Shown here piece after piece: positions 40,263-53,998 of a stretch of 64,000 nucleotides of DNA. Both the position numbers and the translations under genes were made by a program. The first letter of the stretch is position 1, and every line of letters begins with the position of its first letter. The DNA is from Octopus vulgaris (lineage: Eukaryota): assembly GCA_951406725.2 (NCBI GenBank), contig OX597823.1, positions 70,122,001 to 70,186,000 of the forward strand, in the 5' to 3' direction. The notes beneath the pieces are model-generated. The model saw only the letters and a list, made by a program, of their open reading frames with translations. It had not been told where the DNA came from and did no database searches.

Positions 40263-40810
40263 CTATAAATTTCTCACTAGTTCCACATTGGTATTCTCCT
40301 TTTCCGCAACTTCTGACATCCACAAACAGCCAATCTCTACAACACTGCATGATGTTTTCTCCCTGTCCCCTACAACACTATGCACTAATACAGTGCTCAG
40401 ATGACAAGTTGTGGTGCACCTGAACACTGTATACAATAATTTCATCATTATTATTATTATTATTATTATATTACTATCAGGTTTATTGTGCTTACATCCA
40501 GTTGCTATTTATTCTTTATTTTGGTTCTAGTGTGCTTTTGATATGGCCGTCAAGACGATTATTCTTGCATATAGCATTGTAGACGGTTTCTGCAACAATC
40601 TCATATCTCAGGGAAGATAGTGTTTTGCGTATAGTTTTGGACAGCTACTGATGAAATAAGTATCTTCCTCACTGGTATAGCAGAATCGATATTTTCAATC
40701 ACAACATGGTCTAGAGGCATCCTTATCTCTTTTATTGACTACATAATTAGTAGCTACCTCCTGTTCCTGACTAGCAAAGGCATAACTTTCTAAGTGAGAT
40801 ATGATGTACA
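40263..40810 (-). mobile_element. R4/NeSL-like RLE LINE fragments
   Basis: SHLESYAFASQEQEVATNYVVNKRDKD..RFC..ISSCPKL..; CKHNKPD; DREKTSCSVVEIGC..EKENTNVELVRNL (CCHC + PD-(D/E)xK domain); split by (ATT)n. Confidence 0.7.
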
Positions 40811-40864
40811 TATCGCAAATCTAGAAGCGGCTACTATTCCTGTTAATGTTGTATGCATTCTATA

Positions 40865-41101
40865 TATTTCTTTACTACCCACAAGGGGCTAAACACAGAG
40901 AGGACAAACAAGGACAGACAAAGGGATTAAGTCGATTACATCGACCCCAGTGAGTGACTGGTACTTAATTTATCGACCCCGAAAGGATGAAAAGCAAAGT
41001 CGACCTAGCGGAATTTGAACCCAGAACGTAACGGCAGACGAAATACGGCTACGCATTTCGCCCGACGTGCTAACGATTCTGCCAGCTCGCCGCCTTCTAT
41101 C
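40865..41101 (-). mobile_element. SINE family B, full length with 14-bp TSD
   Basis: TSD gtatgcattctata at 40851-40864 and 41102-41115. Confidence 0.92.
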
Positions 41102-41636
41102 GTATGCATTCTATAGCCTGAGAAATGCGTACCCATGCAGTACTGTACCTCTGCTAGTATTGTATTTCTCTTCCAAGTCTCTGTTTATGTGTAAATTCGT
41201 GCGTATGTATGCATGCATACATGCACGTATGCATACGAAAGTTTGGAGATGCACGTATGTATGCATATAACAAAGAAGGCAAACATAGGTGGGGGTGAAG
41301 TCAAGGTATATAAATAACGTTCGTTCTGTAAAGAATACTTTATTCTAAATAAAACTTATATGAGGGAAATAACTCTTGAAGAAGTTATCTTTCTTAGTTC
41401 AATCAGCTTTAAGGAACTAGAGTCGAAGCTTACAAGAAATTAACTTCTCTCTCTCTCTCTCCCTCACATATGCATGTTCACGTGTAAGTACACACACACA
41501 CACACAATACACATACATGCGTATACATACATACATGCATACATACAATGGTGCTTCTAAACTATTATATATATATTATTGTTCAGGTCACTGCTTGGAA
41601 TCGAATTCTTAACCACTACGCCATATGTCCGTGGGC

Positions 41637-41673
<37 letters not shown>

Positions 41674-41679
41674 CAACAA

Positions 41680-41825
41680 CATCGAAAAATACCTTAGGAA
41701 TGAGAACCCAGGTTCAAAATTTCCCCAAGACACCTGAAGAAGGCTGGAAGGTATATCAGCCGAAACATGTTAACGACAAACAAGATGAGGACAAATATCC
41801 GTCGAATGTAAATAATGTAAATAAT
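41680..41825 (+). mobile_element. Second copy of (AAT)n-anchored hammerhead-bearing element
   Basis: acac-CTGAAGA-a-GGCTG..CAGCC-GAAA (41730-41765), small deletion at the cleavage site. Confidence 0.65.
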
Positions 41826-42514
41826 GGCTTTTTTCAGTTTCTGTCTACAAAATCCATTCACAAGGCCTTGGTCAGCCCAAGGCTATAGTAGAAAATAAAC
41901 TTGCCCAAGGTGCCATGCAGTGGGACTGAACCCAGAACCATGTGGTTAGGAAACAAGCCTCTCACCACACAGCCATGCCTGCACCTATATGTAAAAAAAA
42001 AAAGACAGATAAATATGACTGGGATGCCTTTAATCACAAGCTGTGCTTCATAAGGGCTTGCCTGGGATTAAACACAAAGAATGGCCAAAACACAGCTCTT
42101 CCCAAATGAATTACAAGTAAAAAGTGCAATGGGAGAAGCTCAATGTAGTCAGCTGACTTGCCAGAAATAGCAGTCACATCTCCTTCAGTTCAATCTTAGA
42201 TCTGAAGAGACACAATAGATAATGTAGTTCCAGGTATCAACAAGCCAATGAAGAAAAGAACAAGAAAATAATGATAGAAAGTGCTCAGCAACTTCTAGGA
42301 CCACGACTATCTCCCTAGTTTCCATATGGATTTTCTGATGAACCTTTTATCTCAAACTTCAGAAGGCACAGTCATAAAAAATGACAACATCAATATCAGT
42401 ACAAACTTTCATAACATCCTTAGCAAAATAGAAATACAGAGAATGAGAATTATACTTTCTTCATTGCCAAAGGGAACGAGTTGGTCAAGGCCAGAACATC
42501 TATTAACATATTTT

Positions 42515-42920
42515 TTATTTCTTTATTGTCCACAAGGGGCTAAACATAGAGGGGACAAACAAGGACAGACAAAGGGATTAAGTTGATTACATTGACCCCA
42601 GTGCGTAACTGGTACTTAATTTATCGACCCCGAAAGGATGAAAGGCAAAGTCTACCTTGGCGGAATTTGAACTCAGAACGTAATGGCAGATGAAATACTA
42701 CCCACAAGAGGCTAAACACAGAGAGGACAAACAAGGAAAGACAAAGGGATTAAGTCGATTACATCAACCCCAGTGCATAACTGGTACTTAATTTATCGAC
42801 CCCGAAAGGATGAAAGGCAAAGTCGACCTCGGTAGAATTTGAACTCAGAACATAACGGCAGACGAAATACCGCTAAGCATTTCGCCCGGCATGCTAACGT
42901 TTCTGCCAGCACACCGCCTT
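42515..42920 (-). mobile_element. SINE family B tandem dimer
   Basis: Two cores head-to-tail, second unit lacks the tRNA A-box part. Confidence 0.85.
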
Positions 42921-43419
42921 CTATTTCTACTTGGTCAAGGTTGAACTGAGATTAAATAACAACAACAACAATTAAAGATATTAATTTATATTAGTTTATT
43001 TATATTATTTTTTTTATAAAATGTGAAAAAAATGGGGGTTTTTTAAAAATAATATATAGTAAAAGAAATATCAGTCAACAATTAGTTTTTTATTACCAAC
43101 AAATGTACATCTATACTTAGATATATACACTTAACATAGGTATAAAGTATGTGTGTATGTGTAGATATACATGCACATATCTGCATGTGTGTGTGTGATT
43201 TTTAAGCAATAAATAGATAGAATTTTAGCAGTGACTTGAGTTTGATAGCTAGACTAAAATAATTTACTATCTGGAATAAAGCAAATATTTTTATTAACTC
43301 AGAAATAATTTTTAAAATAGTAAAAAAATAATTGAAAATGGTAAAACAGAATAGAAATAGTAAGACGCTCTATAACCAAAAAATTCAAAGTCAAAGCTTA
43401 AGTGCCAAAGGAATTTTAC

Positions 43420-43655
43420 ATTAAGGAATGGAACATACAGTTTCCTGTAAGACAGACCATTCCATGGTCCCAGAAGACAAACTGGAAAATGTGTTACCCT
43501 GGTGGATGGCAAGGGAGATGTGCTGGAACAGCCACTCTGACTCACGGGATTTGCACTTACGGACAGCCATCTCCACCCTGATAGCGGTGAGCAGAGATAT
43601 GGTCCAGGGACCAAGAACACCGGTCTCCACTGCCACAGGTTTGACTACGAACCTT
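43420..43655 (-). mobile_element. 3' end of CRE-clade RLE non-LTR retrotransposon
   Basis: KPVAVETGVLGPWTISLL..RESEWLFQHISLAIHQGN matches the CRE C-terminal consensus PxAVETxGxxG..LFQRISxAIQRGN. Confidence 0.7.
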
Positions 43656-44154
43656 AAAATTTATTTTTCATGTTCACATTAATCAGGCTATAAAAACAAC
43701 AAAAACAGTAGACTGTAAATTTCTAAGAGTGTGTGTGTGTGAGAGAGAGAGAGAGAGAAAGAGAGAGAAAGAGAAAGAGAGAGAGAGGGGCAGTAACTCA
43801 AATTTTCAGAAAGCTGGATTAAGTTCCTTGGATTGTTAATTAAAATGTTCTTAGTTGATTGTATGTCTACATAGACCATATATCGGCAAACCGGGGTAAA
43901 TTAGCCCAAGTGGGGTAAAAATGAAATTCTTGGAGATAATGAGGACTCGTTAGACATAAGTAAAATTATATTTAAAAAAACGTGTTCCTTGTTACGACAG
44001 AAATTTTTCTTCTGGCAACACTGCATTCGTCCAGTGTAATTGGACGTGTAAATAGATTCATTTAAATAGATTCAATAAACCTTTTGAATTCAAAGAATCC
44101 ATGATTTTTTTTTCCTTTCAAATCAAGGAGGTAAAGTCGGTGTAAATAAATATT

Positions 44155-44869
44155 TATGAAGGGCAGCTCTTCTTTTAAATATTTTATAGGGAAACATAAC
44201 TGCTTTTTGTTTTTTCTTACGTTTATTTTTTTAAATTACATAAAATTTCCAAGGTCTATATATGTATACATATAAGTATACTGATATGTCTGCGTGTGTG
44301 TGTGTGTGTGCATATCTATCTATCTGTCTGTCTGTTTTTGTCAGTCAGTCAGAGAAATATTAAAAATTACCAGAAGTCATTGTTGGTTTTTAGCAGCTTG
44401 ATGAATGTGGACATGAAAAATATTTTTCATTTATTCCAAACTTAATAATTTTTGTCCATTTAAAAAGCTTAAGAGTTGCTGCTAAAATTCCATTTATTTA
44501 AAGGCCATTTTGATAAAATTCCATTGATATAAAGACCATTTTAATTTCCCATATGAACAGAGTGCTTTCACTTGATCTTTATCCAAATATTAACAGTACA
44601 TATAGCCAGATAGATAGATAGATAGACAGACAGATAGAAGACAGACTGACTGACAGACATACACACACACTCGTATATACATATACATATATATATACAC
44701 AGATATATAAATATACATATAAGGACCTTGGAAATTTTATGTAATTTGATGTTTAGTATATAGATAACTTATAAGGAAATATTTATAAAAAAAAGGTAAG
44801 AAAAAAATAAAAACCAGAAAGCAGTTATGTTTCCCTATAAAATATTCAAAAGAAGAGCTGCCCTTCATA
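44155..44869. mobile_element. Foldback/MITE-like element with long imperfect terminal inverted repeats
   Basis: tatgaagggcagctcttctttt(a/g)aatattttatagggaaacataactgcttt at 44155-44206 mirrored at 44818-44869; aaattacataaaatttccaaggtc and the microsatellites are also mirrored. Confidence 0.8.
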
Positions 44870-45829
44870 TGTGTAAATTTATGAATATCTCTATTCCAAT
44901 ATTCCAATATTTCCTTTCCAAAATGCCCTATCGTAAATAAAAAGTATATATTCCAGATATAAATATAAATCTTAGTAAGCCATGTCTTTACAGTAACAGT
45001 CAAGATGAAGGCAGTGTCAGTACTGTGTCACTGAAGATTGTTTTAGCAGCAGTAGCAGTACTCATTACTGGATTCAAACTTTCATGAGTACAAGGTTTTT
45101 AATGCAGGGAATAAGCCTGATGGTGTCATTAACAGGTTTGCTTCCTACAATATGGTTTCATCTTTCAGTCCTAGACAGCAGCATGTTTAAGATCTTCAAC
45201 AGCCTTGAGTCAATAAGAGTCCTGTGAGTGGAACTTGGCACACAGAAAATTTGTGGAAGCCCATCGTAAAAATTGTTCTTGGATTGGGGTGGCTGACTAA
45301 TATGCCATCAAATTTGGCATCACCACCTGTCTCTCAGATGCCTTTAGCAGAATCCATTCTATTTACAAACATTTGAAATAGGTCTACTATCTGAGGATAA
45401 GTTGTTTTCCTTTCTACCTTAAAAACTAAAGCACATTCCAAAATTTTAAGTATCACCACACCTTCTCATAGTAGAGTTCTAATGCCATATTTTTTGGCAT
45501 ACAAGTCGAAGTTTTCAAACCTAAATTTACAGCTAAAAAGTAGGTCAACGTACACATGAAGACCAAAAATTCCTTGAGAAATATAGCAAGATTTGGAAAG
45601 AGAATGAGAATGTTTCAATATTTATACTATATAATATGTCAACTTATAAGCCAGAAAATAGTAGTTAAGAAAGAAATATTGTAGTATGAGCAATTTCAAA
45701 ATAACAATCACAATATTTTGCTGCAACTACTTCCATTCAAACACTGGTATTACCATGAGAGGAACTGTGCTGCGTTGTACCTTATAACTTATTCTTTCAA
45801 GATACTGATTAACTTCAGAAATACTGCTT

Positions 45830-46250
45830 TCTTATTTCTTCATTGCCCACAAGGGGTTAAACATAGAAGGGACAAACAAGGACAGACAAAGGGATTAAGT
45901 CGATTATATCGACCCCAGTGTGTAACTGGTACTTAATTTATCAATCTCAAAAGAATGAAAGGCAAAGTCGACCTCGGCAGAATTTGAACTCAGAACGTAG
46001 CGGCAGACGAAATACCTATTTTTTTACTGCCCACAAGGGGCTACACACAGAGGGAACAAACAAGGACAGACAAACGGATTTAGTCAATTATATCGACCCC
46101 AGTGCGTAACTGGTACTTATTTAATCAACCCCGAAAGGATGAAAGGCAAAGTCAACCTTGGCGGAATTTGAACTCAGAACATAGCGGCAGACGAAATACC
46201 GGTAAGCATTTCGCCCGGTGTGCTAACGTTTCTGCCAGCTCGCCACCTTC
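45830..46250 (-). mobile_element. SINE family B tandem dimer
   Basis: Junction aaata|ggtatttcgtctg as at ~26060. Confidence 0.85.
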
Positions 46251-47069
46251 TTACTCTAGAGGAAGTCTTACACAGGCTTTTCTACTGTAATTATTTGAGC
46301 TCAAAATTCAATACCCAAGTAACAAAATCCTCATTAGTCAGAATGTTAGCCAGAGCATTTCTCTTCTTTGTTTATGGCCCTACTCTAAGTATGTGCCTGC
46401 ATCGGAACCAAAGAGAGGATTCATACCTTTAGTGGTCAGGGTAATCCTGGATCTGTGAGGTTCCTAGATTGGCCCTAGTTGGACTTTCTCCTGCATCAGG
46501 AGGGCTGCATCATTCATGTTATCATATCTTTGTATACTATGTGTACTTTTACTGCATTTCATTATCTTTTCTATTTTGGATTGGTAGCATTGTTAGAAAA
46601 TGTATAAAGTTGGAACAAATCCCTTGCTCTGGCTCTTTACTTCCTGCAGTCAAATTCTATTGAGGCCAGTTTTAACATCATTCATCCTTTCAGGACTGAG
46701 AACATACAGTACCAGTCAAGTATTGGGTTGATGTATTCGACTAATTCCCCTCCCTCTAAAAATTGCTAACCTTGCGCAAAAAATTGAAACCATTATTGTT
46801 GTTGTCGTTGTCAGGCAATGAGATGGCAGCAGAATAGTTAGCATGCCAGATGAAATGTTCCGCGGCATTTTGTCCACTTTTACTACCTAAGTTCAAATTC
46901 TGCTGAGGTCAACTTTGCCTTTCATCCTTTCAGGGTTGATAAAATAAGTACCAGCCAAATACTGGGATCAATGTAATTGACTAACCTCTTCTGCTGAATT
47001 TCAAGCCTCATGCCAATACTAGAAAGGATTATTATTATTGTTGTTACTATTATTATTATAATTAAGGCA

Positions 47070-47394
47070 CGTGAAGGTTCGTGGCTTAGTGGTTAGGGCA
47101 TTCGGCTCACGATTGTAAGTCCTGAATTCAATTCCTGGTGACGCGTAGTGTCCTTGAGCAAGACACTTTATTTCACGCTTCTCCAGTCCAATCAGCTGGC
47201 AAAAATGAGTAGTACCTGTATTTCAAAGGGCCGGCCTTGTCACACTCTGCATCATGCTGAATCCCCCTGAGAACTACATTAGGGGTACGCATGTCTGTGG
47301 ATTGCTCAGTCACTTGCACGTTAATTTCACGAGCAGGCTGTTCCGTTGATCGTATCAGCTGGGACCCTCGTCGTCGTAACTGACGGAGCGCTTC
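47070..47394 (+). mobile_element. tRNA-derived SINE family C with 13-bp TSD, inserted at the head of an old family-B SINE
   Basis: A box tggcttagtggtt, B-box-like gaattcaattcct, tgtccttgagcaagacactt; TSD tataattaaggca at 47057-47069 and 47395-47407. Confidence 0.9.
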
Positions 47395-48289
47395 TATAAT
47401 TAAGGCAGTAGACTGGTAGAATTGTTACAGCATTGCACAAAATGCCTTGCAACATTTGTTCTAGCTCTTAACATTTTGCATTCAAATTCTGCCAAGATCA
47501 AAGTTTGCCTTTCATCTTTACAGGATTAAGTAAAATGAAGTACTGATCAAGTAGCGATGCTTTTATCAACTTACCCTTCCCATAATTTCTGGCTTTGAGC
47601 TAGGGCATTTGAAGCCAATAAATGAAACAATTATTAGTTAGCTGACAGAGAAAGAAAATGCCTTTAATCCTTCCAATCTATTCATAGCCCAAAGGTATCT
47701 GGAAAGCTTGGTACAATTAATAATGCTGATCAAGATAATGTTGGGGTTTGACCTACATCAACAGTGATACTGTGAATCTCCTATATGACCAACATATCAG
47801 ACACCTTCATAAAACATAGACCACTGCATGTTGCACTGTCTGAGGACTTCATTCCTTGAGGTAGGATATAGAACATGAAGCTAACTAGGAATATGTCAAT
47901 TAGATCTTATATGAAAATATAGAGGAGTGAGATGTACTGTATGGAACAAAGACAACCTCAATTAAAATTAGCAAATGTTATTGGCAAGAAGGTAGCATAT
48001 GTAATTTCAAAGACTCAACAGTTCCTGATGCTTTTAACACTTGTAAATTATACATTCCAGTTGCTCAGAATTGTAGGATATATAACTCCACAGGAGAAGC
48101 TTTTAAGGGTTAAGCAAATGATAAATGATATCCTTCACCAAAATAAGAAACTGGCCATATGCTTTGGCCAAAAGAAATAATTATACCAATAAAGCAGAAC
48201 TCCCTAAAATTTTTACTTTGCCCTTGTCATTTTATCTATGTTTAAAGTACATGACTCTTTATCAATATTTTTTTAGCCTAGAGAAAGAA

Positions 48290-48600
48290 GTGCCCATGGC
48301 CTTTGCAGGCCCTCTAAGACCAGTGAGATTGATGCCATAATGTTTCTCTGGAGCTACTGCAAGCCAACACCAGCAGGAAACACATGAGTGAGGAGGGATT
48401 TCCAGAGGGCCAATGTTCTAAGGAAGTGAACAGGACATAGTGATCAGATTAGAGCCTATGAGTGGATACAGTAGGAGTGCGATGAGAGAAAAGACAAGCA
48501 GGTAAGAAATGCCTGAATTGAGGTGACACAACATCAGCCAGCTCTAAGGAGCAGAGGTCAATTGTGTCATTAAAACTTAAAACCTTATGACTATCCTCAT
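48290..48600 (-). mobile_element. Degenerate 3' end of L2/CR1-group LINE
   Basis: ..RTLALWKSLLTHVFPAG..LQ resembles FFPRTxxLWNSLPxxVFP. Confidence 0.5.
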
Positions 48601-49648
48601 CATATTATTTACAATACACTGGGATGTCACAATACCTGTTGGATACCACTGTGATAAAGAATGGCAGTGAAGCATTATATATGAACACATTGCTTGTTAG
48701 TGGTTTCTAATATTTTTGTGACCTCATCACCCTATGCCTAAGTTATATAACATTTGCAATGATATTTCATAGTCAACTATTACCTAAATATCATATAAAA
48801 CCCCACTTTTTTCTGTCAAGGGCTTAAATGCCCCAATATTAGACTATTCTTTTTAGTCAACACATTGATCGCTTATAAACTTTAAACTTATAAATATTAT
48901 TATTTACATAATTTTGACTTGCATCACTTCTTCTACATGTAATGCAGAAATGCATATATATATATATCTATACACACACACACAAACACATAACACATGT
49001 ATACATACATATATATATATACATATGTGTGAGAGAGAGCCAGAGAGAGAGAAAGAGAGAGTGCTTGCCAAATACACACTGTAACAGTGGTAGCAGGACA
49101 CACACCAAAATAAACAACCTAAAATATGGTGAGCTTATGAGAGAGCCTCTACATAGTTGTTCAACCAACTAAAGACAACAGTCACAGCTCCCTCAAATCA
49201 TACACACCCTGCCAGCTTTAAAAATAACAATAAAAATACAAGGACATACTGGATAATTAACCTGAGATATAAAATTATGCCTGAGAAGACGGGACGGCCA
49301 ATACTAGAATGCCTTTTAACATAGCTCAGCTGACTCAAAATTGAACAAGATGGTGAAAACTTTTACTCTAATGACTTGTACTTCTGACTTTTAACACATA
49401 TTTGTCTTTGTTAAATATTAATTAAATATTTATTCCATTAATCCTTCAAATATAAATAGCTTATGTGTTGTTTTGTTGGTTTTGTTCTTTATTTGGTTAT
49501 TCAATTTCTTTCTTGTTTTGTGCTGAGGTTTCACAAAATAAATTCTTTTTAAGAATATTTTTAAAATAAGGAATGCAGTGTAGATATAGATAGCAGGACA
49601 AGAAAAGAAGATGGTGGATATGAAGGAAATGTGTTAGTCATATTTAGC

Positions 49649-49654
49649 TTTATT
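49649..49654 (-). terminator. Candidate polyadenylation signal (AATAAA) of CIAO2A
   Basis: First AATAAA found on the minus strand downstream of the stop codon at 50472; further ones at 49488 and 49429; usage unknown. Confidence 0.4.
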
Positions 49655-49795
49655 CTACTTGGTATCAAGTTCAAATTCCACTTATGAAACACATTGTGTC
49701 CCATAACTTTTGGTAGCATGGGAGGGGAATCAATACAATGTGTGAGGTTGAGTGTGTACATTAGCAATGGAAGCAGTATTAGTTCAGAATAGCAA

Positions 49796-50034
49796 TCTGT
49801 ATATCATACTTAATGTGGATATACTGTGCAGAAAGATAAAACACTGCCACTGTAGTATTTGCCTTGAGAAAGCATCTTGTATAGATATGTAGTGCTAAAA
49901 AGCATCTCATTTATATGTATAGTGCTAAAAAGCACAAGACTTTTCAGTACTATACATATAAATGAGTTGCTTTCTCATGATGAATATAGCAGTGTTGTGA
50001 TTTTCTGCTGTATATTCACATTAATTTATACAGA
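49796..50034. repeat. ~240-nt imperfect palindrome with 34-bp inner stem (49899-49932 / 49940-49973) and 7-nt loop
   Basis: Arms read as reverse complements. Confidence 0.85.
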
Positions 50035-50471
50035 ATAATACACACACACACATATATACATAAATGTATACCCACCCACTTACAAGTGCTTGGCCTTAGA
50101 TTCTAGTAAACTTACAATAACAATAAAGGGCAGTGGTTTAGCAAAATTAGCAATGAGTTTATCACCCAGTTTTTTGTTGAAATCTCCTCATAATCAATGT
50201 AGTTCTTAATTAACCTGGAAATATTCCTTTTTTTTTTTCCTATTGAGAGAGAAGGAGGGGCAGTATTAAAATTAATTAGCCACTGATACAATGGTATTAA
50301 TTCCATCAATTGTACATTTTGCTCTACAAGTGACAGACCTTGAGTTTCTACATAAGCAAACAGTACAGAAACAGCAAACAGCTACAAGAACACAAAAAGA
50401 CAATGGCAACAAATATAAAACAAGTCTAAAGAAAAGAATAAGAAATTCCTAAAATCCACAGCAATCTACTG

Positions 50472-50572
50472 TCAAAGACTTTCAAAGTCCACACATTGTG
50501 TTACTAATTCACGCAGTTTTGGGTTTTCCATGGCAGCAGCTATTCGTTCTTTGTCATTTATCTGCCGGTTTA
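50472..50572 (-). CDS. CIAO2A: CIAO2A/FAM96A last coding exon
   Basis: ttttcag|TA AAC CGG..: (I)[32 protein letters not shown]; near-identical to the FAM96A C-terminus NKQINDKERVAAAMENP. Confidence 0.95.
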
Positions 50573-50689
50573 CTGAAAATGACAAAAATAAGAAATGTGA
50601 AAATTGTGAAAGATAATTACAATGGTGTATTATGTGAACACTGGAAACAGTAAAATATATTGCATTAGTTTCGCATAGCAGCCCCAGCC

Positions 50690-51152
50690 CATCCAAAGTA
50701 CCTTGAATTGCAGAATGACCTGCTGTGCTTACCTTGGATTGTAGGGTGACCTGCTGGGCTTGAAGAGACCTATTGAGTCAAGTACATCAACATCAAAATA
50801 AATATCAAATGGAAATTGTAGTTGTGACACCTGTGCCAGTGGCACATAAAAAGCACCATCCGAATGTGGCCAATGCCAGCGGCATCTTGACTGGCTTCTG
50901 TGCCGGTGGCACGTAAAAAGCACCAACCAACTGTGGCCGCTGCCAGCCTCCCCTGGCACCTGTGCCGGTGGCCCGTAAAAAGCACCCACTACACTCACAG
51001 AGTGGTTGGCATTAGGAAGGGCATCCAGCTGTAGAAACACTGCCAGATCAGACTGGAACCTGGTGCAGTCGCCTGGCTCCCAGACCCCAGTCGAACTGTC
51101 CAACCTGTGTTAGCACAGAAAACGGACGTTAAACGATGATGATGATGATGAT
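50690..51152 (+). mobile_element. Retroelement 3' region with V-SINE-like domain and (GAT)n tail
   Basis: gagtggttggcattaggaagggcatccagctgtagaaac..ggacgttaaac(gat)n. Confidence 0.75.
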
Positions 51153-51580
51153 AATGTGTACTAGACTAAATGCACTTTAGTCCTACAAGTTAAAAGATGT
51201 GATTACTGTATTTTCTGGCAAGATGATGTAGTATGTAGTGTAAACATTGAAGCATCATCACTCATCATTGTCTTTCCAAACCCTGCTGCATTTCACATAA
51301 AGTTATTTGTCATCCAAAGTCGTCTTGGTATATAAGTTGACCTGCATTTATTGGCTGTAAATTTTGGTTCAAATAATTCAACTTCTATGCTGGAAAACAC
51401 AGTTGGCAAGACGAAGGACATCTAAGCATAAAATATGGCCTCAAGACTGGACCAGTCCAGTCACAAGGCTCCACATTTGAACCCACTGTACAATACCTTT
51501 ATACAGGTATTTTCTACCATAACTTTGGCCAAAGCCTTGTGAATGAAATTTTGTTGATAGAATAGGTGTGGAAGACTATC

Positions 51581-51889
<309 letters not shown>

Positions 51890-51917
51890 TATATATATAT
51901 GTATGTATGTATATATA

Positions 51918-52196
51918 TGGCTCAGAGGTTGGAGCATCAGGCTCACAATCATGAGGTAATGAGTTTGATTCCTGGACTGGGCTGTGTTGTGTTGTGTTCT
52001 TGAGTAACTCATTTCCACACACTGTAGAAATGAGTTGTGACATCACTGGTGCCAAGCTATATCAGCCTTTGCCTTTCCCTTGGGTAACATCAGTGGCATG
52101 TAGAGGGGAGGCTGGTCTTCCATAAACAATCTTGCCCAAACTTGTGCCTCAGAGAGTAACTTTCTAGATGCCTTTATGACCAAAGGGGGTCTTAAC

Positions 52197-52197
<1 letters not shown>
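51918..52197 (+). mobile_element. SINE family D
   Basis: tRNA-like head, homologous to 53658-53998 (-). Confidence 0.8.
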
Positions 52198-52249
<52 letters not shown>

Positions 52250-52253
<4 letters not shown>

Positions 52254-52500
52254 TGAAAGTCACAAAAGAAGCCATGTACAGAGAACTGACTTGGATTACG
52301 CTAAACGCAGCATAGCAACATGCCATGATGTAGAAAGGTTTGTCTATCAGGTAGGGGCTTGAAACAACACATCAAAGTGCATGATGATCAACAAGTGGCT
52401 CCTGTTGTTGAGGATAATCATGTATGTAACATCTGTGCCAAAAAGCAGAGGTCACTTGCCAGTCTGAAAAGTTACACCTGTGCTGCTCACATATGAGACC
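52250..52500 (+). mobile_element. Possible RTE-like LINE C-terminal zinc-finger remnant
   Basis: CRKVCLSGRGLKQHIKVH..HVCNICAKK..SLASLKSY; degenerate C2H2-like motifs. Confidence 0.4.
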
Positions 52501-53472
52501 AATTCTGAAATGTTTCAAGCAATATTAATACTTGAGAATGAGGAAGAAACCTTGTCCCCTGCAATCTTCTCCAGCTGAACATCTCTAATTTTGTGGCATT
52601 AGGAAGAGCATCCAACTGTAGAAATCATGCCAAAACAGACATGGAACCTAAACAGCTATACAGCATTTTTCCCAACATGCTAATGATTCTGCCAGCTTAC
52701 TGCTTTTATTTACTCATAGAGTAATAAAGGGCTGGATGAAAGACTTCTGTGAGTTAGCTATCAGCACAGTTAGGAAAAATTGGCCACTTCTGATCTTCCA
52801 AATAGCAATGAGTATGAAACATGAGTAAAAAGATACATGATAATGATATACAAATAATAAATACAGATCTGTGTGGAACCTTGCAAATGAGGGATTGACT
52901 GGTCACCTGTACAGTCGATTATTTATAACCATGACTCAAGAATTCTGAACAGAAACAGGCACTTAGTCACCTACAGTTGACTCTATTCAAATGAAAGCAT
53001 TCAGGACCAATCAGGTCTCCAGCCTGAAGATACCGCCAAATCTTGATATGCTACTTCTTACTAAAGTAACTTATGAATCCTGCTTCCTATCTACCCCTAT
53101 CTAACTAATCTTACCAGTACTAGAAGCCCTACAAAGATCATGGTCCCTGCATAGCTCCATTTCATACCTGATTTAGCAGACTTTTGATCAATAGCATTCC
53201 AACCATGACTTTCTCATCTTTTATCTATGTGCAGGAAACCAGATAATACATTATCCAACATATGCATTTCTAAGATGACAGAGTGTGATTCAAAGGAGAT
53301 TTAGGTGCTGTTTCTAGCATGTTATGTGACCCTGTAGTAGCTCTCAAAAGTCTGAGTAATGAAACAATACACATGAACCAAACCAGAGACTTGGGTGTGT
53401 TGGTGACCAACTCTGTGACAATTCCAGAACAAGTGAAATAAATACCAAAAGTGGAAAGAAAGCATTACTTAC

Positions 53473-53518
53473 TATCTTCCTCAATATCATGGCTTCCTTC
53501 TTTCACAAAAATGTCCAA
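53473..53518 (-). CDS. CIAO2A: CIAO2A/FAM96A internal exon (46 nt)
   Basis: ttaacag|LDIFVKEGSHDIEED(I)|gtaagt; cf. LEIYISEGTHSTEEDI; phases fit both neighbours. Confidence 0.93.
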
Positions 53519-53657
53519 CTGTTAATGAAAACATAAACGAAGAAATCAATTTTAAAATGTCAAAGATAAACAGATGAGATCACAATACCATCTCTATGTT
53601 AGTAGTTCACAAATGATACATCATGAATTTTTCAAAAATATAATAAGTATAAAAGAT

Positions 53658-53998
53658 AAAGACCTCTTTCGGTCATGACTGACCATGGGATTGCACCTAG
53701 AAACTTCCTTTCCAATGCACAAGTCGGGGACAAGTTTGTTTATGGAAGACCAGTTGTTGCCCATGCATACCAGCCTCTCCTCTCCACACCACCAATGTTG
53801 TCCAAGAGATAGGCAAAGGCCAATACAGCTTGGCATCAGTGATGTTGCAATTCATTTCTACAGCTGAGTGAACTGGAGCAACATAAAAAAATAAAATGTC
53901 TTGCTCAAGAACACAACATACAGCCCAGTCCGAGAATCAAACTCACTACTTTGTAATTGTGAGCCTAACACTGCAACCACTGAGCCATGCGTCTTCAC
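53658..53998 (-). mobile_element. SINE family D, near full length
   Basis: gtgaagacgcatggctcagtggtt..gagtttgattctc..tgttcttgagcaagac. Confidence 0.82.
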
